Shown here in pieces: positions 30,807-40,382 of a stretch of DNA of 64,000 nt. The stretch is from the NCBI GenBank assembly GCA_016219325.1, contig JACRNH010000002.1, positions 3,862-67,861 on the forward strand, in the 5' to 3' direction. Source of the DNA: Candidatus Collierbacteria bacterium (lineage in GTDB: Bacteria > Patescibacteriota > Microgenomatia > UBA1400 > JACPES01). The first letter of the stretch is position 1. Each line of letters begins with the position of its first letter. The position numbers and the translations under genes are program-made. The notes beneath the pieces are model-generated. The model worked only from the letters and a program-made list of their open reading frames with translations. It did no database searches and was not told the DNA's origin.

Positions 30807-32948
30807 ATGAAACTTGTTCTTGTTGAGTCTCCGACCAAAGCCCGGACACTGACAAAATTTTTGGGCGGGGATTACAGAGTTGAAGCCACGATGGGGCATT
30901 TGCGGGATCTGCCCAAGAACAGGATGGGATTTTCGGTTAAGTCGGAAAACGGTAAAACTAAATTTTTGCCGGACTACGAAGTGGCGGCGGAAAAAAAATC
31001 CAAAGTTGCCGATTTGGTGGCGGCATCCCGCGGAATGGATAGAATTATTCTGGCGACAGATCCTGATCGGGAAGGAGAGGCGATTGCCTGGCATGTAGCC
31101 GCGCTTTTGCGCGGAACTCAAAATTCAAAATTCAAAATTCAAAATTTTCAAAGGGTTGTTTTTCATCAAATCACCAAAGACGCGATTCTAGACGCGATGA
31201 AGCATCCGCGGGAATTGGATATGAATTTGGTTGACGCTCAACAGGCCAGAAGGATTTTGGACAGGATGGTTGGATATCAGCTATCGCCGTTATTGTGGAG
31301 AAAAATCCGCCGCGGATTATCGGCCGGCCGTGTCCAAAGCGTTGCCGTCAGGATGATTGTTGAACGGGAGCGGGAAATTGAATCTTTTATGCCGGTTGAG
31401 TATTGGGAGGTATTCGTAAAAGTACAAGAAAGTACAAAAATGTACAAAAATGTACAAGAAGGTGAATTTGATGTCAAGCTGATTGAAATTGATGGGAATA
31501 AAGCTGATTTATCGAAGAAAAATCAGGTAGATCCGGTCGTTGAGGATTTGAAAAAAGCGCGATATTCAGTTGAGAAAGTTGATAGAACAGAAGTCAGGAA
31601 GCGGCCATTCCCGCCGTTTACTACCAGTACTTTGCAGCAGGCGGCATCCAGAACTTTCCGCTGGAGCGGTAAAAAAACTATGAATATCGCCCAAAGGTTA
31701 TATGAACATGGTTTTATTACTTATCACCGAACCGATTCAACTAATTTAGCCAAAGAAGCGGTGGAAAATGTCCGCCAATTAATTTTATCTAAATATGGGA
31801 AGGATTATTTGCCGTCTGAAGCAAGATTTTTTAAAACCAAAAACGCGCTGGCGCAGGAGGCTCATGAAGCAATTAGGCCAACCAATCCTATAGATTTTTA
31901 TAATCCGGGAAAACTGGAACAGGAAGTCGGATTAATCGCCAAAGACGCTTTCCGGCTTTATCAATTAATTTGGAAAAAATTTGTCTCCTGTCAGATGGCA
32001 GACCAGATTTATGACCAAACTACGATTAAGGTTTTGGCTCAGGGTATTAAAAAATACGGATTAAAAGTTGTCGGGATGGTGGAAAAGTTTGAGGGATGGA
32101 AAATACTTTATCAGTCGTCAGTTCTCGGTTCTCGGTTGTCAGATAAAAGTCAATCAGTTATCGGTTTATCAGTTTCAGGAGTCGAAAAACTGAAAACCGG
32201 TAAACCAGAAACTGAAAACGGAGAACAGAAAACTGATCAACCGTTACCCGAAGTTCAAGTTGGCGATCAGCTTCAATGCATCAAAGTGGATCCTCAGCAG
32301 AATTTTACCCAACCCCCCGGAAGATTCACTGAGGCGATGTTGATTAAGTTGTTGGAGGAAAAGGGGATTGGCCGGCCGTCAACTTACGCTCCGATTGTAA
32401 GTACGATCCAGGATAGGGGATACGTGGAAAAAATGGAAGGCAGATTTCATCCAATGCCGGTGGGGATAGTGGTAAATGATTTTTTGGTGGAATATTTTTC
32501 TTCAATTGTGGATTATGATTTTACTAAGAATTTGGAAGAGGATTTTGACAAAATAGCGGAAAATAAAAAAGGCTGGAATGATGTGTTAGGGGAATTTTAT
32601 TCTCCGTTTGTTGAAAGGCTGAAGAAAGTTGAAATTGGGGCGGAGAGGAAAAGAATTCCGGCTGAAGAAACAGGGGAAAGCTGTCCCAAATGCGGGGAAG
32701 GCCGGCAAGTTATTCGATCGGGGAAATTCGGTAAATTCCTATCCTGTTCGCTGTTTCCTAAATGCGATTGGAAAAATAAATATGTGGAAAAATCAGGCGT
32801 TAAATGCCCGTTATGCCGTGACGGCGACGTGGTAGTTAAGAAAACAAAAAAGGGTCGTCACTTTTTCGGTTGTTCAAATTATCCGAATTGTAAATTCGCC
32901 AGCTGGAGAAAGCCGGGGGGGGAACTAGCAAAAAAACAGGAAATATGA
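30807..32948 (+). CDS. topA: DNA topoisomerase I with three repeat insertions
   Basis: LVLVESPTKA, ATDPDREGEAIAWH, SAGRVQS, ITYHRTDS, GIGRPSTYA; two Zn ribbons. Confidence 0.97.
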   Translation: MKLVLVESPTKARTLTKFLGGDYRVEATMGHLRDLPKNRMGFSVKSENGKTKFLPDYEVAAEKKSKVADLVAASRGMDRIILATDPDREGEAIAWHVAALLRGTQNSKFKIQNFQRVVFHQITKDAILDAMKHPRELDMNLVDAQQARRILDRMVGYQLSPLLWRKIRRGLSAGRVQSVAVRMIVEREREIESFMPVEYWEVFVKVQESTKMYKNVQEGEFDVKLIEIDGNKADLSKKNQVDPVVEDLKKARYSVEKVDRTEVRKRPFPPFTTSTLQQAASRTFRWSGKKTMNIAQRLYEHGFITYHRTDSTNLAKEAVENVRQLILSKYGKDYLPSEARFFKTKNALAQEAHEAIRPTNPIDFYNPGKLEQEVGLIAKDAFRLYQLIWKKFVSCQMADQIYDQTTIKVLAQGIKKYGLKVVGMVEKFEGWKILYQSSVLGSRLSDKSQSVIGLSVSGVEKLKTGKPETENGEQKTDQPLPEVQVGDQLQCIKVDPQQNFTQPPGRFTEAMLIKLLEEKGIGRPSTYAPIVSTIQDRGYVEKMEGRFHPMPVGIVVNDFLVEYFSSIVDYDFTKNLEEDFDKIAENKKGWNDVLGEFYSPFVERLKKVEIGAERKRIPAEETGESCPKCGEGRQVIRSGKFGKFLSCSLFPKCDWKNKYVEKSGVKCPLCRDGDVVVKKTKKGRHFFGCSNYPNCKFASWRKPGGELAKKQEI

Positions 32949-32966
32949 AACAAGGAATAAGAAATA

Positions 32967-33677
32967 ATGGCAGATAAAATTGTCCGACTATTTGGAGGGC
33001 ATAGAAATAAAGTATATAAGACTAACGGATTTGTAAAAGTGGTTTGGAAAGATGGTTTTAAGCGGCGGAAACAAATTCGCGAGGGAGTTTTGCTGGAGAA
33101 TTTTGTCGCCAGTCATACCGATATTAAAGCCCGGATTCTGGTTGATAAATCTAAACCAACTGAAGAAGAAAATGGAGAATTGGTGACATATTTTCATTAT
33201 GTTGACGGCGAAATCCGTTACCCGTGGAATTTGGAAGAAATTGCCTCAGTTGCAAGACTATTGGGAAAATTCCATCAAGCCATCAATTCTTCCTTACTTT
33301 TTACTCCTTACTCCATACTCCACTTAGATTTTGCCCGCGGTAACGTCCTTTTTCAATCAGGCTCTTCCAGCGCCATTGGCGTTATTGACTTTGAAACTAC
33401 TGCCAAAGGACCGGTGGAGCAAGAATTAGGAAGGAGCTTGAGTTTCATCCTCGTAGATACCCCCTGTGAAGTTTACGAAACTTCACAAGAGAAGTTTCGT
33501 AAACTGGAGCAACGGACAATGTCCTTCTTGACAAATTACGGTCTTCCCTATAGAAAAGAGAATGTCATAAAATGGACGAAGAAGTTATTAGCTGGAGACG
33601 ATTTCGGCAGTTTGAATAGTTTTCGTGATTCTGCGATACAATTTGCGATACAATTTATTAACTCATTAACCTATTAA
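32967..33677 (+). CDS. phosphotransferase (APH/homoserine kinase-like), compact
   Basis: LGKFH, HLDFARGNVLF, VIDFE. Confidence 0.75.
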   Translation: MADKIVRLFGGHRNKVYKTNGFVKVVWKDGFKRRKQIREGVLLENFVASHTDIKARILVDKSKPTEEENGELVTYFHYVDGEIRYPWNLEEIASVARLLGKFHQAINSSLLFTPYSILHLDFARGNVLFQSGSSSAIGVIDFETTAKGPVEQELGRSLSFILVDTPCEVYETSQEKFRKLEQRTMSFLTNYGLPYRKENVIKWTKKLLAGDDFGSLNSFRDSAIQFAIQFINSLTY

Positions 33678-33692
33678 CCTATAATTCCGTTT

Positions 33693-34259
33693 ATGTCAAA
33701 TCACATCAAAGAAAAAATTCAGAATAAGATTGTTAGATTCGTAGATTTACCGAAATTACGGCGTAAATTTAACGATAAAAAAATAGTTTTTACCGCCGGA
33801 GGATTTGATCTTATTCATGTTGGCCATACCCGTTATTTGTCGGAGGCTAAAGTTTGCGGGGATATTTTAATTGTCGGAGTATCATCTAATGCCGAGATTA
33901 AAATGCTAAAAGGAGTTGACCGGCCGATCGTGGATGAGTCGGCCCGGGCGGAAATGATTGCTTCCCTAATGGTGGTCGATTATATTTTTATTATGCCGCC
34001 GATTAACGCGGTTGTATCGTCAATTGAAACTTTAAAACCCAATATTCTAATTGTTCCGGATGATGACTGGAATACCGGTTATAAAGACAGTCCGGAGGCT
34101 AAATCAATGTCCAAATTTGGCGGAGAAGTAGCTTTAGTAAAACGTCAGGGACCCTATATCAGCTCTTCCGGGATGATTGAGAAAGCCGCGGCGGTAATGA
34201 TAAGAACCAATTTTCAAAGATTTTTTACGCCGGAAATGATGAGGGAGTTAAAGGGATGA
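33693..34259 (+). CDS. cytidylyl/adenylyltransferase (RfaE domain II / TagD-like)
   Basis: GGFDLIHVGHTRYL (HxGH), LKG.DRPI, SSS. Confidence 0.88.
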   Translation: MSNHIKEKIQNKIVRFVDLPKLRRKFNDKKIVFTAGGFDLIHVGHTRYLSEAKVCGDILIVGVSSNAEIKMLKGVDRPIVDESARAEMIASLMVVDYIFIMPPINAVVSSIETLKPNILIVPDDDWNTGYKDSPEAKSMSKFGGEVALVKRQGPYISSSGMIEKAAAVMIRTNFQRFFTPEMMRELKG

Positions 34260-34825
34260 TGCCCCAGCAGTACGCTCGCCACTCCCGTGGCCTACGTCCA
34301 CGCGTCGTGGTGTCGCGACTGCGGGGTTCGGGCGTGCCAGCTGATTTTTCTGACGAAAAATCAGGGCCCGTCCGAAAAAGGCATGACCCCCGTACCGCCA
34401 GAACTTCCGCCGATTACTGGTATGATGAAGCATGGAAAAATGCCGGTAAGTGCGTCTTTTGTGACTTGCGGAAAAAATATATTATCGCCGAAAAAGACAA
34501 CGTGGTTTTAACCGTAAATCTTTATCAATATATTGACGGGCATCTGATGGTGATTCCCCGCCGTCACTTTGAGAGCTTGGACGAGACCAATCCAGCGGAA
34601 TGGAAAGCGATATTTTATTTGCTTAATCTTGGGGTAAAAAAACTTCAGGATAAATTAAAGATTAATGATATTTACATTTTAGACAGGCCATTGTCAGGGT
34701 TTAAAACCGGTAAGACTGTAGCCCATAGCCATTTCCATATCATTCCCTACAAACAGGAACTGGTTAGTTGGCATTATCAAGAGGTGTCTATTCATCCTGA
34801 GGATTTGGCGAAGAAACTTAGATAG
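34256..34825 (+). CDS. HIT-family hydrolase
   Basis: CVFC, GHLMVIPRRH, HSHFHIIP; N-terminal structured insertion. Confidence 0.88.
   Translation: MMPQQYARHSRGLRPRVVVSRLRGSGVPADFSDEKSGPVRKRHDPRTARTSADYWYDEAWKNAGKCVFCDLRKKYIIAEKDNVVLTVNLYQYIDGHLMVIPRRHFESLDETNPAEWKAIFYLLNLGVKKLQDKLKINDIYILDRPLSGFKTGKTVAHSHFHIIPYKQELVSWHYQEVSIHPEDLAKKLR
34286..34376 (+). repeat. structured ~91-bp element, copy 2 (inside HIT gene)
   Basis: Homologous to the reverse complement of 8415-8506. Confidence 0.85.
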
Positions 34826-34903
34826 AAAATAATGAGCAGAAAATAATGAGTAATGTTATTTGATTTGATTCATTACTCTTTACTTCTTACTCATTACTCA
34901 TTA
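34823..34903. repeat. inverted heptamer pair (TAATGAG / CTCATTA)
   Basis: Fills the whole HIT-deaminase intergenic space. Confidence 0.8.
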
Positions 34904-35418
34904 TGAACGCTGATATTGAATTAATGCGCCGGGCAGCCAAAATTGCCGGCAACACCAAATGCTGGATTGGGATTGGATGCGTGATTGCCAAGGGCGGGAA
35001 AATTCTGGTCGAGACGTGGAATGAAACTTTGGAGGGGGAGGAGTATTGCCAGAAGTTCCGCAATCATAGAATCAATAAAGGCCCGGCCTTGCAGCACAAA
35101 GCCGGGCCTTATCATAACAACGAAGGGTGTATTCGACATGAGCTTAAACTATCCGGTGGCAAAGACGCGGAAAAAGTTTGCAGTATTCACGCCGAAGTCA
35201 ACGCCATCGCCAAGGCCGCTCGGCAGGGGATTGTAGTTTCCGGCGCCACCATTTACGTCACCAGCTTTCCGTGTTTAATATGCATGAGGGCCATAGTGGC
35301 CGCCGGAATTAAGAAAGTTGTGTATATGAATGATTTTTATAAACCGCACAACATAGAATTATTTGATAAGAACGGAGTTGAATTTAAACAAATTCCTGAA
35401 AATATAGTTTGGAAATAG
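34903..35418 (+). CDS. dCMP deaminase family
   Basis: HAEVNAI, PCLIC, IYVTSFP. Confidence 0.9.
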   Translation: MNADIELMRRAAKIAGNTKCWIGIGCVIAKGGKILVETWNETLEGEEYCQKFRNHRINKGPALQHKAGPYHNNEGCIRHELKLSGGKDAEKVCSIHAEVNAIAKAARQGIVVSGATIYVTSFPCLICMRAIVAAGIKKVVYMNDFYKPHNIELFDKNGVEFKQIPENIVWK

Positions 35419-35421
35419 ATT

Positions 35422-35491
35422 TTGTTATCTTGTTATCTTGTTATCTTGTTACTAATCAAGATAACAATCTAGCAAGATAGCAAGCTAGCAA
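35422..35491. repeat. inverted octamer arrays (TTGTTATC / CAAGATAG)
   Basis: TTGTTATC x3+, then CAAGATAA-CAATCTAG-CAAGATAG-CAAGCTAG. Confidence 0.8.
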
Positions 35492-35497
35492 TTATTC

Positions 35498-37045
35498 TTG
35501 AACTGGCCTAAATACTTTAAAGACCGTTTAATTCTTGGTAATCCTGATTCTGATTCCGCAATTGCAACGTTGTGGACGCCGATGAACGTGGTGGCAAAAA
35601 TGACGGATGTTTATAAGGTTTCTATCATTGGTCAACTCTATACAAAAAGGGGAATTAATTATTTGTTGAGAAATGTTTTATCTAACCCAAAGATAAAAAG
35701 AATTTTATTGGTTGGAGCAGATTTAATGGGATCTGGGGAAGAGCTTGCGCAATTAGCAGAGGACCGTCTTCTTCAGACTGATTGGTTGGATGAGAATATC
35801 TCAGTAGGCGGAATTAAAAAATTCTTTAAAAACGTTGAAATCGTCAATAAAATCGGTCCGGTTTCTCCGGAAAAAATTACTGATTTTATAAGTAAAAGTA
35901 AAAACTGTAAGCAATGGTCTAAGCCTCTGGAATTTCCGGAACAGGAAGCAGGTAGCAGCGGGGGATTGCCAAGCGAAGAGTCGGGATTTACCGTAAGGGG
36001 AGAGAAGGTCTGGCAGTCTTGGATTAGGTTGTTGCGTGAAATAATGAGATTTGGGCGTCCCAGCCCGATGATTCATCATTACGGAGCCGAGAGAACTACG
36101 GAAATATTTAATTTGACGGCAGTCATTTATGGTGAAAACCCTGAAAGCCCGGAGTTGCCAAAATGGCTTCCGTATTCCAAAGATGATATCAAAAAATATG
36201 CAGCCGGATTTTTATCTGCCTCACGCGGCGATGAGGCCTACACTTATGGCGAGCGAATTAAGGCGTATCCGTTAGAACTTTATAAAAAGGAATGGTTCAA
36301 TGATTCGAATCATTTAACTGACTCTGACAGCAAAAAGTTTGTCCGATCGCTAAAAAAAACGATAACGGATAATGGGCTAAATCAACAGGAATTGCTTGCT
36401 AAAAAACTCAAAAGTTTTCCGGAGAATAAGGGGGCTGTTGCAATTTTATGGGAACCGATTATTGACAATTTTGGGTTGAGGGAAATTTGGCGGACGCCGT
36501 GTTTGGTTTTAGTCCAAGCCGTAATCCGCGATAAGAAGTTATTTTTAACCGCTTATTTCAGAAGCAATGATATGTACGGAGGATGGTTTTTAAATGCTTT
36601 CGGATTATTGGCTTTTCAAAAAGAGTTGGCTGGAATGATAGGAAAGAATATTAAATTGGGGCCATTGACAACTATCTCCCACTCTGCCCATATTTACGAG
36701 TCGAGTTGGCAGTTAGCGGAAAAACTTGTTCATGACCATTGGATAGATGTTTCCTGCGAATGGGATCCGCGGGGCAATCTGCATTTTGAAACTGATGGAA
36801 AATTTATCGTGGTTAAACATTTGTCTCCGGACGGAATTTTCCTGGACGAATATCGCCAAAATGGTATGGAAGAAAAGGCGGCTAAAAGATTATGTTTTGC
36901 CTTGGAGTCAGCCGGATTATTTTCAACTGTCGGAAACGCCATGTATGCTGCCCGCCAAATTGAACGCGCCGAAACCGCGATAAAATTAGAATTACCTTTT
37001 ATTTCCGACGAACCTTTGAATTTCAAAAATAAGTATGCCAAATAA
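35498..37045 (+). CDS. thymidylate synthase fused to N-terminal MtrA-like and C-terminal DUF4346-like domains
   Basis: GNPDS..AIATLWT..GQLYTKRGIN..LRN.LSNPKI; YTYGER, TPCL, FRSNDM..G...N, SHSAHIY; DPRGN..YAARQI. Confidence 0.82.
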   Translation: MNWPKYFKDRLILGNPDSDSAIATLWTPMNVVAKMTDVYKVSIIGQLYTKRGINYLLRNVLSNPKIKRILLVGADLMGSGEELAQLAEDRLLQTDWLDENISVGGIKKFFKNVEIVNKIGPVSPEKITDFISKSKNCKQWSKPLEFPEQEAGSSGGLPSEESGFTVRGEKVWQSWIRLLREIMRFGRPSPMIHHYGAERTTEIFNLTAVIYGENPESPELPKWLPYSKDDIKKYAAGFLSASRGDEAYTYGERIKAYPLELYKKEWFNDSNHLTDSDSKKFVRSLKKTITDNGLNQQELLAKKLKSFPENKGAVAILWEPIIDNFGLREIWRTPCLVLVQAVIRDKKLFLTAYFRSNDMYGGWFLNAFGLLAFQKELAGMIGKNIKLGPLTTISHSAHIYESSWQLAEKLVHDHWIDVSCEWDPRGNLHFETDGKFIVVKHLSPDGIFLDEYRQNGMEEKAAKRLCFALESAGLFSTVGNAMYAARQIERAETAIKLELPFISDEPLNFKNKYAK

Positions 37046-37685
37046 ATTAAGCTGGATTAATCAAATCAAATTTTTGTGTTTCGATCTCGATGGGACTTTG
37101 TTCAGAAATGTTGAGGCGGCCTGGAATGCTATTCAGCAGCAAATTTATAAGACCGTAATGAGGCAGAGGCATTTATCTCTGGAAGAGGCAGAAAATTATG
37201 TCCGTCAAAGATATTCGGTCTTGGGTAGTTCTACTAAAGTATTAAATGAATTGGGAATCGATGGCGAAGAGTTTTTTGTTAAGGCTTTCAAAAAGATAGA
37301 ATTAGATAAATTTATCTCTAAAGATGATGAAATTATTCAGCTGATATCAAATCTTAAGAAAAAATATAAAGTCGGGATGATTAGCAACACTCATCGGTCA
37401 ATCGCTAGAAAAAAATTAGAAGCGATTGGTTTATCGCTGAAAGAATTTAATCCGCTAATTACAACTTACGAACTAGATGTTTATAAGCCCGACCCGGCGC
37501 CATTCTTGAAGGCTTTGGAAATAGCCAGTTGCTCACCGGAAGAATCAGTGTATATTGGGGATAGCGTCGAAACTGATATCATGGGGGCAAAAGCCGTGGG
37601 GATGAAAACGATTTTGGTATGGGGTAAAAGCCCGGAAGCCGATCTATCAATCCCGACAATTTACGATCTGGCTAAATACTTTTGA
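37035..37685 (+). CDS. HAD-superfamily hydrolase
   Basis: FDLDGTL, SN, KPDP, IGDSVETDI. Confidence 0.92.
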   Translation: MPNKLSWINQIKFLCFDLDGTLFRNVEAAWNAIQQQIYKTVMRQRHLSLEEAENYVRQRYSVLGSSTKVLNELGIDGEEFFVKAFKKIELDKFISKDDEIIQLISNLKKKYKVGMISNTHRSIARKKLEAIGLSLKEFNPLITTYELDVYKPDPAPFLKALEIASCSPEESVYIGDSVETDIMGAKAVGMKTILVWGKSPEADLSIPTIYDLAKYF

Positions 37686-37706
37686 AAATGATATAAGAAA
37701 ACGAAT

Positions 37707-38267
37707 ATGGTTATCGGAACAAAGCAATTACTTCAATTGGTAAAAACTAAAAAATTAGTAGAAGGACTGGATAATCGAGAATTGACTAATCCCGAGGGGG
37801 CAGGTTTCGATCTTCGGATTGAAAAGTTATTGGCTATTCAGGGAGAATCCTTTTTAGGGATTACAGACAGGTCGACTGCAGACATGAAAGAAGTAGCTTC
37901 ATATAAAAAGACATCTGGGAAACAGAAGATATTTTCGATTAAGCCAAATGAATTCTATTTAGCGAAGACTATTGAGAATATAAATATGCCGGATAATTTA
38001 TTGGCAATCATAAAGCCCAGAACCACACTGTTTAGGTCGGGTATTTCGATGAGAACAGGATTTTGTCCTCCGGGTTATCACGGAGAATTATTTTTCGGAA
38101 TTTATAATGTTGGCAAATACTCTTTCAAAATTGAAATGGGAGCAAGATTTGCCCATATCGTTTTTTTTGAAATTGCAGGTGATTTGATTAGGGGATATGA
38201 AGGGCAATGGCAGGGTGGGCGATCTACGACAAAACAAGACACTCAAGGATTAGAAAAGCAAATTTAA
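37707..38267 (+). CDS. dCTP deaminase / dUTPase family
   Basis: GFDLR, PRTTLFRSG, PGYHG, GARFAHIVF, YEGQWQG. Confidence 0.88.
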   Translation: MVIGTKQLLQLVKTKKLVEGLDNRELTNPEGAGFDLRIEKLLAIQGESFLGITDRSTADMKEVASYKKTSGKQKIFSIKPNEFYLAKTIENINMPDNLLAIIKPRTTLFRSGISMRTGFCPPGYHGELFFGIYNVGKYSFKIEMGARFAHIVFFEIAGDLIRGYEGQWQGGRSTTKQDTQGLEKQI

Positions 38268-38269
38268 GA

Positions 38270-38380
38270 TTACTTACTGGAAGATTTCTTAAAGAAAGCG
38301 ATATAAGTTAATAGCGCTACAGTCATGGCCAGGCCAAAAGCAATTGCAGCCCTGATATTTATGTCAACTAAATCTATCAT
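38270..38380 (-). CDS. small single-TM protein (not in ORF track)
   Basis: MIDLVDINIRAAIAFGLAMTVALLTYIAFFKKSSSK*, start overlaps the end of 38364-38633. Confidence 0.55.
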   Translation of the reverse strand: MIDLVDINIRAAIAFGLAMTVALLTYIAFFKKSSSK

Positions 38381-38633
38381 AATTTTTTAGTCTTATTATT
38401 CCAATTCTTAGTTTGAAAGATACAATTATACATACAGTACCAAAAACAATATCAGCAGTCAAGGCGCTTAAATCAATCACAGTTGGTTTTAGAGAAGAAA
38501 TTGGAATAATAATGGCAGCTCCATACCAACCGGCCGCCAAATTTATCAATAACTCTGATAGAATCTGTCTCAAGATCAACTTTGAAGATTTGCGCATAAA
38601 TTTCGATTCGTCATTGTGGCAATCTCGTTTCAT
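38364..38633 (-). CDS. small two-TM membrane protein
   Basis: ILSELLINLAAGWYGAAII..; likely start 38597. Confidence 0.6.
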   Translation of the reverse strand: MKRDCHNDESKFMRKSSKLILRQILSELLINLAAGWYGAAIIIPISSLKPTVIDLSALTADIVFGTVCIIVSFKLRIGIIRLKNYDRFS

Positions 38634-38653
38634 AGTTTATAATTTTATAAAGT

Positions 38654-39352
38654 ATGCTGTCAAGCAAAAGTCAAAACGGAATTTTCATCGTCATCGAGGG
38701 CATCGACGGCTGCGGCAAAGCCACCCAGACGGAACTATTGAAAAATCGGCTGGAAAAATCCGGCCGCAAAATCCTGGTCGGCGACTTTCCCCGCTATTAT
38801 TCTTCGGAGTGGGGCAAACTGGTCGGCCGGTTTTTGACCGGTGAGTTCGGCAAATTGGACGAAGTTAATCCTCATCTGGCGGTTTTGACTTACATGATTG
38901 ACCAATATGTCTGGAGTCGGGACGCCGCTAGGCTATGGATTAAAAAAGGTGGAATTATTTTGTCCAATCGCTATTTCACTTCTAATGTTCATCAAATTGC
39001 CAAACTTAAAGGCCGTGCCCGCAAGAAATACCGTGACTGGCTGTGGCGGATGGGATACGAAGAATTAGGAATCTTGCGGCCTGATTTGGTTTTATTTCTT
39101 GACGTCCCGCCGAATATTTCCGCCAAACTCAATCGCCAAAAACTAGACAGAAAATATTTGAAAGGCAAAAAACAAGATATCGCCGAACGCCATAAACATC
39201 ATCAGCTCGCCGCCTATAAATCTTATCTTGACGAAGTCCGCCGCAACGACTGGTGGGCCAAAGTCAAATGCGTTTCCAAAACCAAACTTGACTCGCCGCA
39301 ACTGATTCATCAAAGGATATGGAAAAAAGTTTTGTATTATCTACTTGACTAA
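38654..39352 (+). CDS. tmk: thymidylate kinase
   Basis: FIVIEGIDGCGKATQ, NRYFTSN, PDLVLFLDV. Confidence 0.9.
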   Translation: MLSSKSQNGIFIVIEGIDGCGKATQTELLKNRLEKSGRKILVGDFPRYYSSEWGKLVGRFLTGEFGKLDEVNPHLAVLTYMIDQYVWSRDAARLWIKKGGIILSNRYFTSNVHQIAKLKGRARKKYRDWLWRMGYEELGILRPDLVLFLDVPPNISAKLNRQKLDRKYLKGKKQDIAERHKHHQLAAYKSYLDEVRRNDWWAKVKCVSKTKLDSPQLIHQRIWKKVLYYLLD

Positions 39353-39439
39353 TTACGTATCTTCTATGTAAGATATATCGCAACCATGAAGAAATTCAGC
39401 GGTTGTGTGTTTATTATTTTTGAGAATTGATTAGAATTT

Positions 39440-39464
39440 AACCGGCATTTTTGCCGGTTTTTTT
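39440..39464 (+). terminator. intrinsic terminator-like hairpin abutting the next ATG
   Basis: AACCGGCA-TTT-TGCCGGTT followed by a T run. Confidence 0.7.
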
Positions 39465-39965
39465 ATGAAGAATATAGTTGACAGGTTGGTGAATATTGGG
39501 AACATTAATTGCGATGAGTTGGCAGATATTTTGCCATTAGTAGTAAGAGTGATTCCTGAAATAAGCAGTGGATCCACAGAATTGGAATGTCAACCTCATA
39601 GCGGAGAACATTCCAGGTACGGTGTTTTTTTTCATGCCATAACGAACGAAAGTGATCTTGATAGATTTTCTGGAGATCGGCAGAAAATAGTTTTATCAAC
39701 TTCTGATTTGTTTGCTAATACAGGCATATCCGGAGAGCTAAAAAGTGCTGGGGTTTTAGTTTTCCCCAGTAATAAATATCAAAATGAACTATCTAGGGCT
39801 GGTGGAACAGGAGAAAGTCATTGTTTGGGGGAGCAGATTGGAGTAGATAGAAATATTCAAGAAGAGCATATTACAATTGATCTTGCCGGGGTGGCTTACG
39901 GCAGTTTTCCTATTTTAAGTATTCCTCAAAGGATTTTGATCCCGGTTGGTTTAATGAAAAGATAG
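39465..39965 (+). CDS. hypothetical protein
   Basis: 166-aa ORF. Confidence 0.5.
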   Translation: MKNIVDRLVNIGNINCDELADILPLVVRVIPEISSGSTELECQPHSGEHSRYGVFFHAITNESDLDRFSGDRQKIVLSTSDLFANTGISGELKSAGVLVFPSNKYQNELSRAGGTGESHCLGEQIGVDRNIQEEHITIDLAGVAYGSFPILSIPQRILIPVGLMKR

Positions 39966-40014
39966 GGTTGATTTTCTGATAAACGGCCTTATTCTATATA
40001 ATATCCGTCTTAAG

Positions 40015-40320
40015 ATGGATAAAGAGTCAATAAGATTGATTTTGGCTAATATTCCTCAACTTGCTGATATTGTCCAACTAAACGATGGGGAAATAGAAAA
40101 AGCAATTGCGATGTTAGACGGAATGGTTGTTGAGGAAAAGGGTCCCGGATTTTCAATAGAAGCTCCGGCATATCCTTTATCCGAGTTACCATATTATTTA
40201 GAAAAATCCGGAGCTGTAAGTGTTAAGTTCTCTTCAGAAATGCAGCTAACGGATTTTACCAGATTTGCCAGACCTGTGACGGAGGCAGAACTGACAAGGG
40301 CATTCGGAAAAACTTATTAA
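40015..40320 (+). CDS. hypothetical protein
   Basis: 101-aa ORF. Confidence 0.55.
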   Translation: MDKESIRLILANIPQLADIVQLNDGEIEKAIAMLDGMVVEEKGPGFSIEAPAYPLSELPYYLEKSGAVSVKFSSEMQLTDFTRFARPVTEAELTRAFGKTY

Positions 40321-40382
40321 TTTGAGGATGACCCCGGGATACTTCTAGTCTCAATTTCCGATTTGTATATAATAGATGAATT

